NCBI RefSeq assembly: GCF_001194135.2
Contig: NC_068984.1
Coordinates: 117,773,947-117,837,946 of the forward strand
Direction: 5' to 3'
Length of the DNA stretch: 64,000 nucleotides
DNA from: Octopus bimaculoides
Lineage: Eukaryota
Part shown: in pieces, positions 37,211 to 50,164 of the stretch
Position numbering within the stretch: position 1 is the first letter of the stretch
How the letters are laid out: every line of letters starts with the position of its first letter
Translations under genes and position numbers: made by a program
The notes under the pieces: generated by a model
Seen by the model: the letters and a program-made list of their open reading frames with translations, nothing else
The model's database searches: none
Told to the model about the DNA's origin: nothing

Positions 37211-37495
37211 TTTTCCAACACTAAATGATATAGAGATTGAAAATGTTGGTAAGATTAATTGGAAACTTCATGAAATATGCCAAGTGAGACAATATAACAA
37301 AGTATATCTTTAATATACCGCATACACTTGAAAAAAATCAAATCAGTAATTAATCAACTTTTAATGAAATGTTCATCAAAAGTAATGTAAGCCATACACG
37401 TAAGAGATACTTAATGAAGCTTCTCTTTGCAAAACACCCACAAAAACACATACACCTCTCCACATATATATACTATTATACATACATATAAATGT

Positions 37496-37881
37496 GTTGT
37501 TGTTGGCACTCCGTCACTTACGACGTCGAGGGTTCCAGTTGATCCGATCAATGGAACAGCCTGCTCGTGAAATTAACGTGCAAGTGGCTGAGCACTCCAC
37601 AGACACGTGTACCCTTAACGTAATTCTCGGGGGATATTCAGCGTGACACAGTGTGACAAGGCTGACCCCTTGAATTACAGGCACAACAGAAACAGGAAGT
37701 AAGAGGGAGAGAAAGTTGTGGTGAAAGAGTACAGCAGGGTTCGTCACCATCCCCTGCCGGAGCCTCATGGAGCTTTAGGTGTTTTCACTCAATAAACACT
37801 CACAACGCCTGGTCTGGGAATCGAAACCACGATCCTATGACCGCGAGTCCGCTACCCTAACCACTGGGCCATTGCGCCTCC
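37496..37881 (-). mobile_element. SINE-B, full length
   Basis: Near-identical to 4417-4800; 11-bp TSD catataaatgt (37485-37495, 37885-37895). Confidence 0.92.
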
Positions 37882-38406
37882 ACTCATATAAATGTACACA
37901 GACATATACATATATTAGTGTGCCTGTATTGGTATTATATATTATTATGAAATCCCTTATGTACAGATATGATACTTGTTGGTAGTAGTTGGCAGTGATA
38001 TCAGTCCAGCTTTGTGTTATGAAAGAAATAATGGTCCAGCCGTTAGTATAATATTATCATAACAAGAAAGCATGGTTCGCTGTTAAAGTCTTTAATGATG
38101 GCTTTTTACATGCACTTCATTCTTGCAGTCCTACAATTCGTAAATATTACAAGGAAAATATCCTCAAGCTTTCAGCTGATGAGGTGAAGCTGCTACTAAT
38201 TTTAGTAGCCCACTTGGCTACCTATGTGGTGACCAGCTTCTCTATAACAATAAAAAGGTAAAGAGTATATTCTTACCATTCACTGTTGTGCTATTAAACA
38301 TTTTGTCAACATGCTAATGGTTAGCTCACTGCTTTGAAGACCAACTTAATGATGAGTTATTTTACTAATTCTTCATTATTTTAAAAAAGAACTAACTGAA
38401 ACAAAG

Positions 38407-38820
38407 GTGTAGGCGTGTAGTAAGAAGCTTACTCTCCAACCACATGATTCTGGATTCAGTCCCACTGCTTGGTACCATGGGCTAGCATCTTCTAATACAG
38501 CCTTGGGCCAACCAAAGCCTTGTGATTGGATTTGTTAGACAGAAACTGAAAGAAGCCCATCATATATATACACACATATATATATATATGTATATATGTG
38601 TGTGTGTCTTTGTGTCTGTGTTTGTCCCCCCATCACTGCTTGAAAACCAGTGTGGGTGTGTCTCTGTAACGTAGTGGTTTGGCAAAAGAAACTAATAAAA
38701 TAACTACTAGGCTTTAAAAGAAATAAGTCCTGGAGTCGATTTGCTTGACTAAGAGCCTTCAGGGTTGTGCTCCAGCATGGCCGTAGTCAAATGATTGTAA
38801 CAAGTAAAAGAATAAAAGAA
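38407..38820 (+). mobile_element. SINE-A, older copy
   Basis: Head-to-tail similarity to SINE-A. Confidence 0.85.
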
Positions 38821-39461
38821 TAGAAGAATACAAGGTAGTGTATTTCAATAGAATTATGGTAACAGAAAGGTTAAAGCTCTTTATACATTGACATGTATAA
38901 TTAAATTCCACTGAAATCAACTTTACCTCTCATCCTTTTGAGATTGATAAAAATAAGTACCAGCTGAACACTGGGGTCAACGTAATCAACTTTTCCTATC
39001 CCTAAAAATGCTGGGCTTATGCCAAAGTTTGAAACCATTACTAAGTTGGTCTTCAGAACATAAATTAACATGAAGTTTTGATGAGAGGTTTAAATTTAGA
39101 TCGCTTGCTTTGAAACAGGATGCTTGTATCATAAAGCGAAGGAGTGTTTCTCAGACAGGTTGGTATCAGAAAGGTTAAGGGAAAGTCATTATCCTAAAGC
39201 ATTATAAATATACAATTGAAACCTGACTCATTCTTCAAGCCAGTTCATCCCATCCTTACTGCAGCCGTGGATTTTATTGATGACCAGCCTGCAGCTGACT
39301 CAACTTCGTCTCAGTTACTTCAGGTTTTTATGTATGGGAGGTAAAGACCATAGATCAACTGAATTGTTCCTTAATATCAAGCTCAACTGTCATCTACCAC
39401 AAGTAAATGAAATTAATAATCTATGGTATTAATACACTTTTTAAAAATATTTTTATACATT

Positions 39462-39699
39462 CATTTCTTTATTGCCCACAGGGGAGGGGTGCTAAACATA
39501 GAGGGGACACACAAGGACAGACAAAGGGATTAAGTCGATTACATTGACCCCAGTGCATAACTGGTACTTATTTAATTGACCCGAAAGGATGAAAGGCAAA
39601 GTCGACCACAGCGGAATTTGAACTCAGAACATAACAGCAGACGAAATACTGCTAAGCATTCCACCCAGCGTGCTAACAATTCTGCCAGCTCACCGCCTT
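39462..39699 (-). mobile_element. SINE-F, full length
   Basis: Matches 8393-8625; 13-bp flanking direct repeat aaatatttttata (39445-39457, 39702-39714). Confidence 0.88.
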
Positions 39700-39801
39700 A
39701 TAAATATTTTTATATATTGTAATGTTGAATATTTCTTAAAATATATATTTACATATTCTCTATAGTTGTATGAACCTTACAACATTTTCTGTCATTTTGC
39801 T

Positions 39802-39842
<41 letters not shown>

Positions 39843-39845
<3 letters not shown>

Positions 39846-40173
39846 ATTTTGAGCGTAGCCGTTGCCAGTACCGCCTGACTGGCTCCCGTAGGATTTTCGA
39901 GTGAGATCGTTGCCAGTGCCCCTGGACTGGCTTGTGCGGGTGGCACATAAAAGACACCATTTCGAGCGTGGCCGTTTTCGTGCGGGTGACACGTAAAAGC
40001 ACCCACTACACTCTCTGAGTGGTTGGCGTTAGGAAGGGCATCCAGCTGTAGAAACTCTGCCAAATCAGACTGGAGCCTGGTGTTGCCATCCGGTTTCACC
40101 AGTCCTCAGTCAAATCGTCCAACCCATGCTAGCATGGAAAGCGGACGTTAAACGATGATGATGATGATGATGA
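39843..40173 (+). mobile_element. Element G, longer young copy
   Basis: Ends catgctagcatggaaagcggacgttaaacg(atg)n; 3' 190 nt nearly identical to 41092-41283. Confidence 0.9.
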
Positions 40174-41091
40174 TATATCAGATGCAACACCAGGTCATCA
40201 GCGTCACTTGGGCTCATCACAGAATTTCACAGTTATGCGCAATATTCCTAGCCCCAAATGGATTATTTTTTATATCTAGCGCAATGTCTTTCTCCATTTC
40301 TCAGTTAAGAGTAAAAATAAAGCAACCCTGCAAGGCTCAACAATCAAATAACAACATCACCGATCTGACAGTCATCGTTATTCTTGACAAGAGATGTCAG
40401 TTACTCTTTTACACCTACCGGACACGTTTGTATTAACCCGAGTTGCTGGATAAGTTTTTATTCCTTTAAGGATTTTATAGAGCAGAAACTTTTCATAGAT
40501 TGGAATTTAAATCCTAATCTTTATAGAAATTTATTGTCTCAAGAAAACATTGAATTGAATTACTTTTAATTTTTACAATTATAGATAACAACTCGGGCTG
40601 TAAATTCTGAGCCCAAGTCAGTGTGTGAGAACGATGTCAAGAGAATATCTGCTACGAATGATATTTTTTGATACAGGGCACCTCTAAGACACCACCAGAT
40701 GGTGAACGAAAAGAAATGAACTGTGATGGATGAGGCTCAATAAAAGGAGCTTGAGTTATTGACCTGCAATTACATACTTGAAGTCAGTGTTGGCAGAAAT
40801 TAAATCAGCTTGCAAATACATGTTCACTTTACTAAATTTATACTCGGGTTAAGCCCAAACAACCTGAGTTCTGAAGTTGCCAATGATATATATATATTCA
40901 GTGCACAATAAACATACATATATAAAGAAACAAAAGATGGGCAATTATAGATGATATGTATATATANNNNNNNNNNNNNNNNNNNNNNNNNNNNNNNNNN
41001 NNNNNNNNNNNNNNNNNNNNNNNNNNNNNNNNNNNNNNNNNNNNNNNNNNNNNNNNNNNNNNNNNNNTATATATATATATATATATATATA

Positions 41092-41283
41092 TTCGTGCGG
41101 GTGACACGTAAAAGCACCCACTACACTCTCTGAGTGGTTGGCGTTAGGAAGGGCATCCAGCTGTAGAAACTCTGCCAAATTAGATTGGAGCCTGGTGTTG
41201 CCATCCGGTTTCACCAGTCCTCAGTCAAATCGTCCAACCCATGCTAGCATGGAAAGCGGACGTTAAACGATGATGATGATGAT
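41092..41283 (+). mobile_element. Element G, 5'-truncated young copy inserted in (TA)n
   Basis: Nearly identical to 39978-40170. Confidence 0.9.
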
Positions 41284-41586
41284 ATATATATATTCAGTGC
41301 ACAATAAACATACATATATAAAGAAACAAAAGATGGGCAATTATAGATGATATGTATATATATATATCATCTCATATAAATGAATTCCTACCGTTTACAA
41401 TAGTTTGTCCATCTTTTGTCTCATTATTAGTTGGTCAAGCTAAGAATTTCCTATGGCCAGCTATTGTTCTGCAAGACTAATTTACCCTAATTAGTAAGTT
41501 AGAGTTTAAGAATCCAACCAGTCCAAGTACTAATTTGATGGGTGCTTATCTATTTTACGTTTAGATTTACAACTTTTCAGAGTATA

Positions 41587-41625
<39 letters not shown>

Positions 41626-41670
41626 AATATATGATGATAATGATAATGATGATGATGATGATGATATATA

Positions 41671-42097
41671 CCGTAAATCCTCGAGTATAATCCACATTTT
41701 TTTCCCCAAATTTAATGGTCAAAATCTTTCGTGCGTACTATATACGAGGTTAAAAATAAAAAGTATTTTCTAGGCAAAGAGTTCTTAGTGGTAAATATGT
41801 AAAGTCAATTTACTTAATATTTATTTTTCACTGACGTTATTACTGTTATTTCTTTATTTTCTGCAAACAAAGTGTACAAAAAAGTTAAACATTTGCATTA
41901 TGTTATATATATACAATAATAATAAAGGACATTACCGTGTATATGTTTACAAACCAAGGACTTTATATAGACCTCCTTGACTCAAGTTACAGAAGGGGTG
42001 TGAATTATAAACAAGGTTTAAGTTTTTCAGAGGTACCGCCCACTAAAAATCCCCTGCGTATTATACTCAAGGGCGGACTATACTTGAGGATTTACGG
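41671..42097. mobile_element. Tc1/mariner-superfamily (pogo/Tc2-like) MITE, 427 bp
   Basis: TIRs ccgtaaatcctcgagtata / tatacttgaggatttacgg (one mismatch), TA on both sides, subterminal gcgta(c/t)tata repeats. Confidence 0.85.
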
Positions 42098-42319
42098 TAT
42101 ATAATATTTGAAACTGTTTGATTCAGCTCCATGTGACAAAGTCTTGTGAGCTTCTAACAGAAACCTGTCTCTTTCAGGCTTAAGTTATTGAATATATATA
42201 TATCTGCACCGTCGGATGGTCCTGAACCAGTTGTTAAGTATCCCCACCTATGAGGAATTGATAGTAGATGTGTTGAAACAATTGTAGTGATTAATGAAAA
42301 TTCTCTCATCTTCCATCTT

Positions 42320-42401
42320 CCATCTTTCATTTACCACATATATATACATAGACATGCACACGCACACACACGCACACACACGCACACATATGAGTATATA
42401 T

Positions 42402-42448
<47 letters not shown>

Positions 42449-42533
42449 CATATAGATACATACATACATATATATACATACATGCATACATATATATATA
42501 CGTACATATATATACAAATATACATATATATAC

Positions 42534-42588
<55 letters not shown>

Positions 42589-42661
42589 CATATATATGCA
42601 TACATACATACATATACATACATACATATACATATATATCTACATATATATATACATATAT

Positions 42662-42702
<41 letters not shown>

Positions 42703-42714
42703 TATATATATACG

Positions 42715-42812
<98 letters not shown>

Positions 42813-42818
42813 TGTATG

Positions 42819-42866
<48 letters not shown>

Positions 42867-42870
42867 AATT
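42320..42870. repeat. Long compound (TA)n/(TACA)n/(GA)n microsatellite
   Basis: Direct reading; explains several spurious ORFs. Confidence 0.95.
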
Positions 42871-43354
42871 AACACACACATTTGATAACTGGTTGACTCA
42901 GCTCCAATTACTTAAAGTTTGGTTGGTATACCACATGTCTACTTCAAGAGATATTTGGTAGCAGAGTGGAAGGAGTTTAAAAGAAATTGAAAAAGGTTTC
43001 TAGGTATTTACAAACCTACGAAACAGTGTAGGGCTGTGGTTGATTTCGCTATCGTAGCAATAACTGGTGTTAGTATGTTAGCAAAAACAACTCATGTGTT
43101 TGAACCGATCGCTAAAGACTTATATACATAGAAGCCATTTTGAATTTCTTTTAAATTCTCTTTAGTCTCTTTCTAAACACTTGATGAGATGGACATGTCC
43201 TATGCATGGGTATATTCAAGTAATATGGAACTGAGTGATGGTTGGGCATGGAGAACACAAGGAAGATATTGGAATACAGGGGTTGCTACGGTAAGAAGAA
43301 ATGTATTGATATAGCTACAGTCTATATATATCAATATATATGTATGTATGTATG

Positions 43355-43398
<44 letters not shown>

Positions 43399-43914
43399 TT
43401 GGTGTTTTGACCTGCCATGAAATGTTCTGAAGAGTAGTGTGTTAGTCATGTGTGGGTGCATGTGTGTGTGTGTTTTGTGTGTGTGTGTGTTTTATATATG
43501 TGTGATCAATGATGTAGCATCGATTATGTATCTAACATGGATTACGAAACAGCTGTCAACTAATGGAATAAATATCTATTCTCTCACTTCACTTTTCTTA
43601 TTTGATCAATGCAGAGATAGAGAGAAAGAGACAGACAGACAGAAAGACAGACATAGATAGATAGATAACAATAATGATATAGATATAGGTTCTATAGTTA
43701 TTTACACACAGTAAAGTCCCGGTCTGGAGCCTTATGATAGTGTGGACTTCACTAGAGTCACTCAATAATGTGCTAGCAAGGTGTTAAAAAGGTCGGATTA
43801 TGTATGTGAACATACATAAGTGTTTAAAAGAGAAAGAAAGAGAGAGCATGTACAGTATGTGTAAGTTGTGTTTTGTGTGCATGTGTGGGTTGGTGTGCTT
43901 GTGCATCAACCAGT

Positions 43915-44225
43915 AAATGGAGATAATAGGGCTCACAGTCATGAGGTAGTGAGTTCAATTCCTGAACTGGGCTGTCTGTTGTGCTCTTGAGCAAGACACT
44001 TTATTCCATGTTGCTCCACTTCACTCATCTATAGAAATGAGTTGCGATGTCACTGGCGCCAAGCTGTATTAACCTTTGCTTTTCCCTTGGAGAACACCAG
44101 TGGTATGGAGAGAAGAGGCTGGTATGCATGGGCAACTGCTGGTCTTATATAAACAGCCTTACCCAAAATTGTAGGGTAACTTTCTAGGTACAGTCCCATG
44201 GTCATTTATGACTGAAGGGGTTCTT
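43915..44225 (+). mobile_element. SINE-D, near full length, diverged
   Basis: tRNA-like head (gagttcaattcc), body gagcaagacactttattccatgttgctcc, tail cccatggtcatttatgactgaagg; reverse complement of 53575-53897. Confidence 0.8.
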
Positions 44226-44281
44226 TTCCCTTACCTTTACATAGAGATAGAAAGAAAATAGAGACACAAAGATTATATTCA

Positions 44282-44479
44282 GCATGACTGTGTGGTAAGG
44301 AGCTTGCTTCCTAACCACATGGTTCTGGTCTCAATCCCATTGTGTGGCACCTTGGGTAAATGTTTTCTATTATAGCCTCAGGCTGAGCAAAGCCTTATGA
44401 GTGCATTTGATAGAATGGAATGGAAACTGAAAGAAGCTTGTCATATATATATATATATATATATATATANNNNNNNNNN

Positions 44480-44517
<38 letters not shown>

Positions 44518-44760
44518 ATATCTGTATGTGTGTGTGTGTGTCATTGTGTCTGTGTTTCTCCTTCCCCACTCTACCACTTGACAACTTGTATTGGCACGTT
44601 TAAACCCTGTAACTTAGTGGTTCAGCAAAAGAACTGATAGGATAAGTACCAGGTGTAAAAAAAACAAAAAACTGGGGTTCATTCATTCAACTAAAAATTC
44701 TTTAAGGTGGTGCCCCAGCGTGGCCACTGACTAATGACTGAAACATGTAAAGAACATAAG
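44282..44760 (+). mobile_element. SINE-A, older copy
   Basis: Head-to-tail similarity; internal (TA)n with small gap. Confidence 0.85.
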
Positions 44761-45223
44761 ATGCTTGTGTGTGAATTCATGTAGATTAGTGTGTAAAGAA
44801 CATGTAGTCTGTATGTGTGTGTGTGTGTGGATAGAGAGTGTGGAAATGTAAAGAGAAAGAAAGAGAGAAAGGGGATATGTAAAGAGAGAGAGAAAGTGTG
44901 AGTAATGTGAGTGATGAAGATGTGCTGTAGAGAGATTGTGAGAAGAGAAATGAATAAATATTCTAAGGAAAAACCAATGTTAGAAATATGTACGTGTGTG
45001 TGTGGGGGGGGGGAGAAATATGTGTGGAAAATGGAAGAGTGTGTGTGTGTAAGAGACTAGTGTAGAAAAACTAGTGCGTGCGTGTGTGTGTGTGTGTGTG
45101 CTGGGTGAGTGGGTGTGAAGAAAGGATTAAAGGTAGACAAACAGATATTTGTCAGTAAAAACCAGTATTAAATGAGGGAGGGAAGAGGGAGAGAGAGGAA
45201 GAAAGAAATGCACAATGTGTGTG

Positions 45224-45279
<56 letters not shown>

Positions 45280-45539
45280 CATAGTGTGTGTGGAGAAAGA
45301 CAGAGAGAGCGAAAGAGATAGACAGAGTGTATGGTGAGAGATAGAAAGAGATAGACAAAGTGTATGGAGAGAGAGAGAGAGAGAGAGAGATACACCAAGT
45401 ATGTGGAGAGACAGAGAGAGGGTGAAGGAGAGTTGATTTGTATGTATAGTAGTGTATAAAGATTTGTGTGCAGAGGGGAAGAGAATATGTGTGTGTTTGT
45501 GCAAAATGGTAAGATGATGTATTCATGTATCTTGAAACG

Positions 45540-45589
<50 letters not shown>

Positions 45590-45738
45590 GGGAGTGAGAG
45601 AAAGAGAGAAAGAGAGAAAGGGAGAGAGGGGGTTGTGAGTTAAGAGAGAACACAGAAATTTGTGAGTTAAAAAAAATAACCCAATACAATAATAAAAAAA
45701 TAATATTAACAAGGAATGCAAATATAAATGACCAAATT

Positions 45739-45830
45739 ACATACCTGTCATAGTAGCAGGTAATAAACCAAAAGAGAAGATCAATCATTTTGAACTTACC
45801 TGTAATAGAAGAAAAGGTAAAATTAGAGAA
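45739..45830 (-). other. Candidate recursive splice site with 55-nt cryptic exon
   Basis: Minus strand: ctCTAATtttaccttttcttctattaCAG|GTAAGT...(55 nt)...gaCAG|GTATGT. Confidence 0.45.
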
Positions 45831-45982
45831 CATGTATAAGATGTTTGTGCATATTGAATTTATAAATACAGGTGACAAAGTTAATACATAATATTTATAA
45901 ATGCACATGACATGACATTACTATATAATCAGCGAACAGGTGAACACAGGTGTCTGTATAAAAAATAAATATGAATATATTT

Positions 45983-46122
45983 AGTAAGAAGCTTGCTTCT
46001 CAACCACATGGTTCGGGATTCAGTACCATTGCATGGTACCTTGGGCAAGTGTCTTCTACTATAGCCTTGGGCTGACCAAGGCCTTGTCAGTGGATTTGGT
46101 AGTCAGAAATTGAAAGAAGCTC

Positions 46123-46196
<74 letters not shown>

Positions 46197-46438
46197 GGTA
46201 GGTATTTATGTGTGTGTGAGTGTGTGTGAGTGTGTTTGTCCCCACCCCACTGCCATCGCTTGACAATTGATGCTGGTGTGTTTATGTCCCCGTAACTTAG
46301 TGGTTCAGCAAAAGAGGCTAATTGAATAAGGACTAGGCTTACAAAGAATAAGTCCTCAGATTGATTTCTTCAGCTAAAACCCTTTGAAGAAGTGCTCCAG
46401 CATTGCCACAGTCAAATGACTGAAACAAGTAAAAGAAT
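45983..46438 (+). mobile_element. SINE-A lacking first ~20 nt; internal (TG)n
   Basis: Similarity to SINE-A through the tail gactgaaacaagtaaaaga. Confidence 0.87.
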
Positions 46439-46447
46439 GTATTCATA

Positions 46448-46930
46448 TATATGAAGTGCCAATCTCTAATTGTGGGGGGACCGTCTGGAAGGGGTAGGCC
46501 CAGGAAAATGTGGGACAAAGTAATGAGAAAGAATCTTCAAATGCTGGGCCTTGCAGAGGGGATGAAAAGGGACCAAGACTTCTGGTGGTTTGCTGTTCTT
46601 AAGAAGGCACATCAAGCTAATTGTGGCTGTCCTTGCATACAGGCATGTTCCCGACATCCCTCTTTAGCTGACTGATCCTAACTTTGTGGGCTTGTGGGTG
46701 CTGGTGCCATGTAAAAAGCACCCATGCTGGTGTCACATATTAGGCACCTGTACTGGTGCCATGGAAGAGCTCTCAGTAGTAAGCATTAGGATGGGCATCC
46801 AGCCATAGAAACCATGCTGAAACAGACATGGGTTCCATGAGTTCCCAGGCAGTTCTCTAGTTGGCCAGATTTTGTCATACAATCCAACCCATTCCAGCAT
46901 TGGAAAATGGACATTAAATGATGATGATAA
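46448..46930 (+). mobile_element. RTE LINE 3' end: ORF2 C-terminus plus G-type 3' UTR
   Basis: KCQSLIVGGPSGRGRPRKMWDKVMRKNLQMLGLAEGMKRDQDFWWFAVLKK (RTE 'RGRP..W...V..DL..LGL....DR..W' motif) followed by gggcatccagcc...cagcattggaaaatggacattaaatg(atg)n. Confidence 0.82.
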
Positions 46931-47180
46931 TGGTATATATATATATATATATATATATAGCACTTTATAGGTGTGAAACCAATGGCTACTCTCTGACCAG
47001 CCATAACAAACAACCTTTTAAATATTATTACTTTAATGTTTTAGCATGTGCATCATTTTGGATATATGAACTACTAATATGTATTTATACAGGGTGTGTA
47101 AGGTGTTTGAGGACACACCTTTTTTGGGTCGTTACTACATTTTTTGCTAACTCTGTATAAGCTTTGTTCAGAAAATAATA

Positions 47181-47400
47181 ATGGCAGACTATCAGCTTAC
47201 TCAAGAAATGAAGAGGCATGCTGTTATTGTGGTTATAAAGGCTGAGCATAGCGATGTAGAAATATCTCAATTTTTAAAAGTTGCCAGATTTTTCATCTAC
47301 AAAGTTTGTAAGGAGTTAGAGATTGAAGATAGAAACATAATACCAGTATCAAAACATAAAAAGGATTCTAAATGCTCTGAAATCATCAGAACACCTGATA
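47181..47400 (+). mobile_element. Tc1/mariner transposase N-terminal HTH fragment (probably maT-type)
   Basis: MADYQLTQEMKRHAVIVVIKAEHSDVEISQFLKVARFFIYKVCKELE is HTH-like ('EIS.FLKV.R..VYKV'); a TA-cagggtgt TIR-like start lies at about 47088. Confidence 0.65.
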
Positions 47401-47524
47401 ATAAGCTACAGGATATCAAGAGGTGATGCAGTATACCTGTTTCAAGCGGCTCCGTTTAATTGAACCATGCAATCATTACATCAGTTTAAACGCAGGGCTA
47501 TCCTCAGCTGCATTTATTTATGCA

Positions 47525-47800
47525 GTTTAGTGGTTAGGGTGTTGCACTCATCATTGCTAGGTATGATTTCAATTCCTAGACCAGGTGATGTGTTGTGTTC
47601 TTGAGCAAAACACTTCACCTCACATTGTTCTACAATCACTTCATCACCTGACATGTGGTACACCATGCACCTGTTGAGACAACATTGATTTGATGGAGAG
47701 AGTGAGCAAATGTACGGCACGAACATTTGACCACTATAAACAAATCATTTGTGCATGTCATTCAGCAAAATCTGGACACTTATATGTCATCTTTAAAGGG
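47525..47800 (+). mobile_element. Old tRNA-headed SINE (D-like head, different body)
   Basis: tttagtggttagggtgttgcac...atttcaattcc...gttcttgagcaaaacacttcac. Confidence 0.6.
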
Positions 47801-47806
47801 AGAGTC

Positions 47807-48117
47807 CATCATCATCATCATCATCATCATCGTTTAACGTCCGCTTTCCATGCTAGCATGGGTTGGACGATTTGACTGAGGACTGGTTAACCAGATGGCT
47901 ACAGTAGGCTCCAATCTGATTTGGCAGAGTTTCTACAGCTGAATGCCCTTCCTAACGCCAACCACTCAGAGAGTGTAGTGGGTGCTTTTACGTGCCACTG
48001 GCACAAAGGCCAGTCAGGCGGTACTGGCAACGGCCACACTCAATATAGTGTATTTTACGTGCCACCAGCACAGGAGCCAGTCCAGTGGCCCTGGCAACGA
48101 TCTCGCTTGAATGTCTT
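47807..48117 (-). mobile_element. Element G
   Basis: Reverse complement of the 39843-40173 family. Confidence 0.88.
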
Positions 48118-48685
48118 TACATCATATATATAGGTGAGTACAGAGTGTAATATCAATTAATGAATGACAAAAGAACAGGGGTTACATAATCACTTTCGTT
48201 AGCTTACAGTTGTTTCATTAGCTTAAATTTTATGGAAATGGCTCTGAAGAAGCTATAACATGCAATACAAGCTCTTAGCACTGAGTGTAATGCTTCTTAA
48301 GTAAACTAATAAAAGTGATTACATAACTTCTGGGGGGTGGGGGAGGATTTTGTTTTTCCTAACTCTGAAGTTTTTTTAACACTATATATCTTTTAGAAGG
48401 AGATTTCCGAGATGAAAAAACCACAGCTTCTGGTGTTTAAACAACACATATACACATATACATATACACATATACACATATACACATATACACATATACA
48501 TAAAATATGTGATATTAATAATGTTTGCATTATAGAGCTGCTTCTAATACATAATTTGAATTTATACATACATACATACATATATACAGACACATATATG
48601 TATGTTATGTATCCAGATATTTATGTGTGTGCATGTGTATGTGTGTGTGTGTGTGTGTATATACATATATATATATATATATACA

Positions 48686-48775
<90 letters not shown>

Positions 48776-49313
48776 TACATAGATATATATGTATGTATGT
48801 ATCTATGTATATGTACATATGTACATATATATGTGAGTGCACATACATCATATATATAAATTTACCGTTTCTTTTCTTTTTGCCTAGACACAAAGAGTAA
48901 GCAAATGTTTGTGTCTGCGAGGACACTTACCATAAAATAAACAAGATGAAGTCGTACAGGAAGCAAGAATGGTTCGATTGAAAACATAGGTCAGTATTTC
49001 TTTGAGGGAAATAATGAGAATTTAATATTAATGTCTTCCATACGAAACTGCATTGTTTTATTATTAAATTATTAAATGTTCTGTGTGGTTTGGGCTTCTA
49101 GAAAACTTGGCTGAAACATAACTTCTGATAAGTCATATAAACATTTATTACGCATTGCACATGTGTAATAAATCTGGGACTCCTTTTGTGGTAGTTTAAC
49201 TTGTTAGGAATAGAAATAGCAACCAAATCTCTCTCCAAAAATACATTGCACCCTATTTTTTAAAACTTTTTTATTACTATATTTCTGTTGAAACACACAC
49301 ATATACACGCTTA

Positions 49314-49456
49314 TAGGCACAGAAGTGGGTCTGTGGTAAGTAACTTGCTTACCAACCACATGGTTCTGGGTTCAGTCCCACAGCGTGGCACCTTGGGCAA
49401 GTGTTTCCTACAATAGCCTTGTGAGTGGATTTGGTAGCCAGAAACTGAAAGATGCC

Positions 49457-49460
<4 letters not shown>
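49314..49460 (+). mobile_element. SINE-A 5' half running into (TA)n/gap
   Basis: Head conserved; short deletion between two gcc motifs (caatagccttgtgag). Confidence 0.82.
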
Positions 49461-49507
<47 letters not shown>

Positions 49508-50129
49508 NNNNNNNNNNNNNNNNNNNNNNNNNNNNNNNNNNNNNNNNNNNNNNNNNNNNNNNNNNNNNNNNNNNNNNNNNNNNNNNNNNNNNNNNNNNNN
49601 NNNNNNNNNNNNNNNNNNNNNNNNNNNNNNNNNNNNNNNNNNNNNNNNNNNNNNNNNNNNNNNNNNNNNNNNNNNNNNNNNNNNNNNNNNNNNNNNNNNN
49701 NNNNNNNNNNNNNNNNNNNNNNNNNNNNNNNNNNNNNNNNNNNNNNNNNNNNNNNNNNNNNNNNNNNNNNNNNNNNTACATACATACATACAGGCATACA
49801 TAAATGTCTACAGACATAAGTGCATGTTTTAGTACAAAACATCCACCACCAACATATTGACAGATATGCAATTAACACACATTGGCATATTGGCATAAAC
49901 AGTTATTCAAACTAATATTGCCGTTATCATGTAGCTAATTAGTATTATTTATATGTTATGTTTTGAGACTAATATTGAATTTTTATTGCATATTTATACA
50001 TTTATGGCTGTTGCGTATTAGAAATACGTGGGTGAATTTGTGTATTTTTACATGTAAAGCCGAATAGATATGCTTATCTGTGATGTATCTCAATTTTCAT
50101 GTGTATGTGTTAGTGTGTGTATGTGAATA

Positions 50130-50164
<35 letters not shown>

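Noticed and set aside
40715-40760. gatgaggctc-aataaaag-gagc hairpin resembling hammerhead stem II
   Set aside because: Neither CUGANGA nor GAAA is intact.
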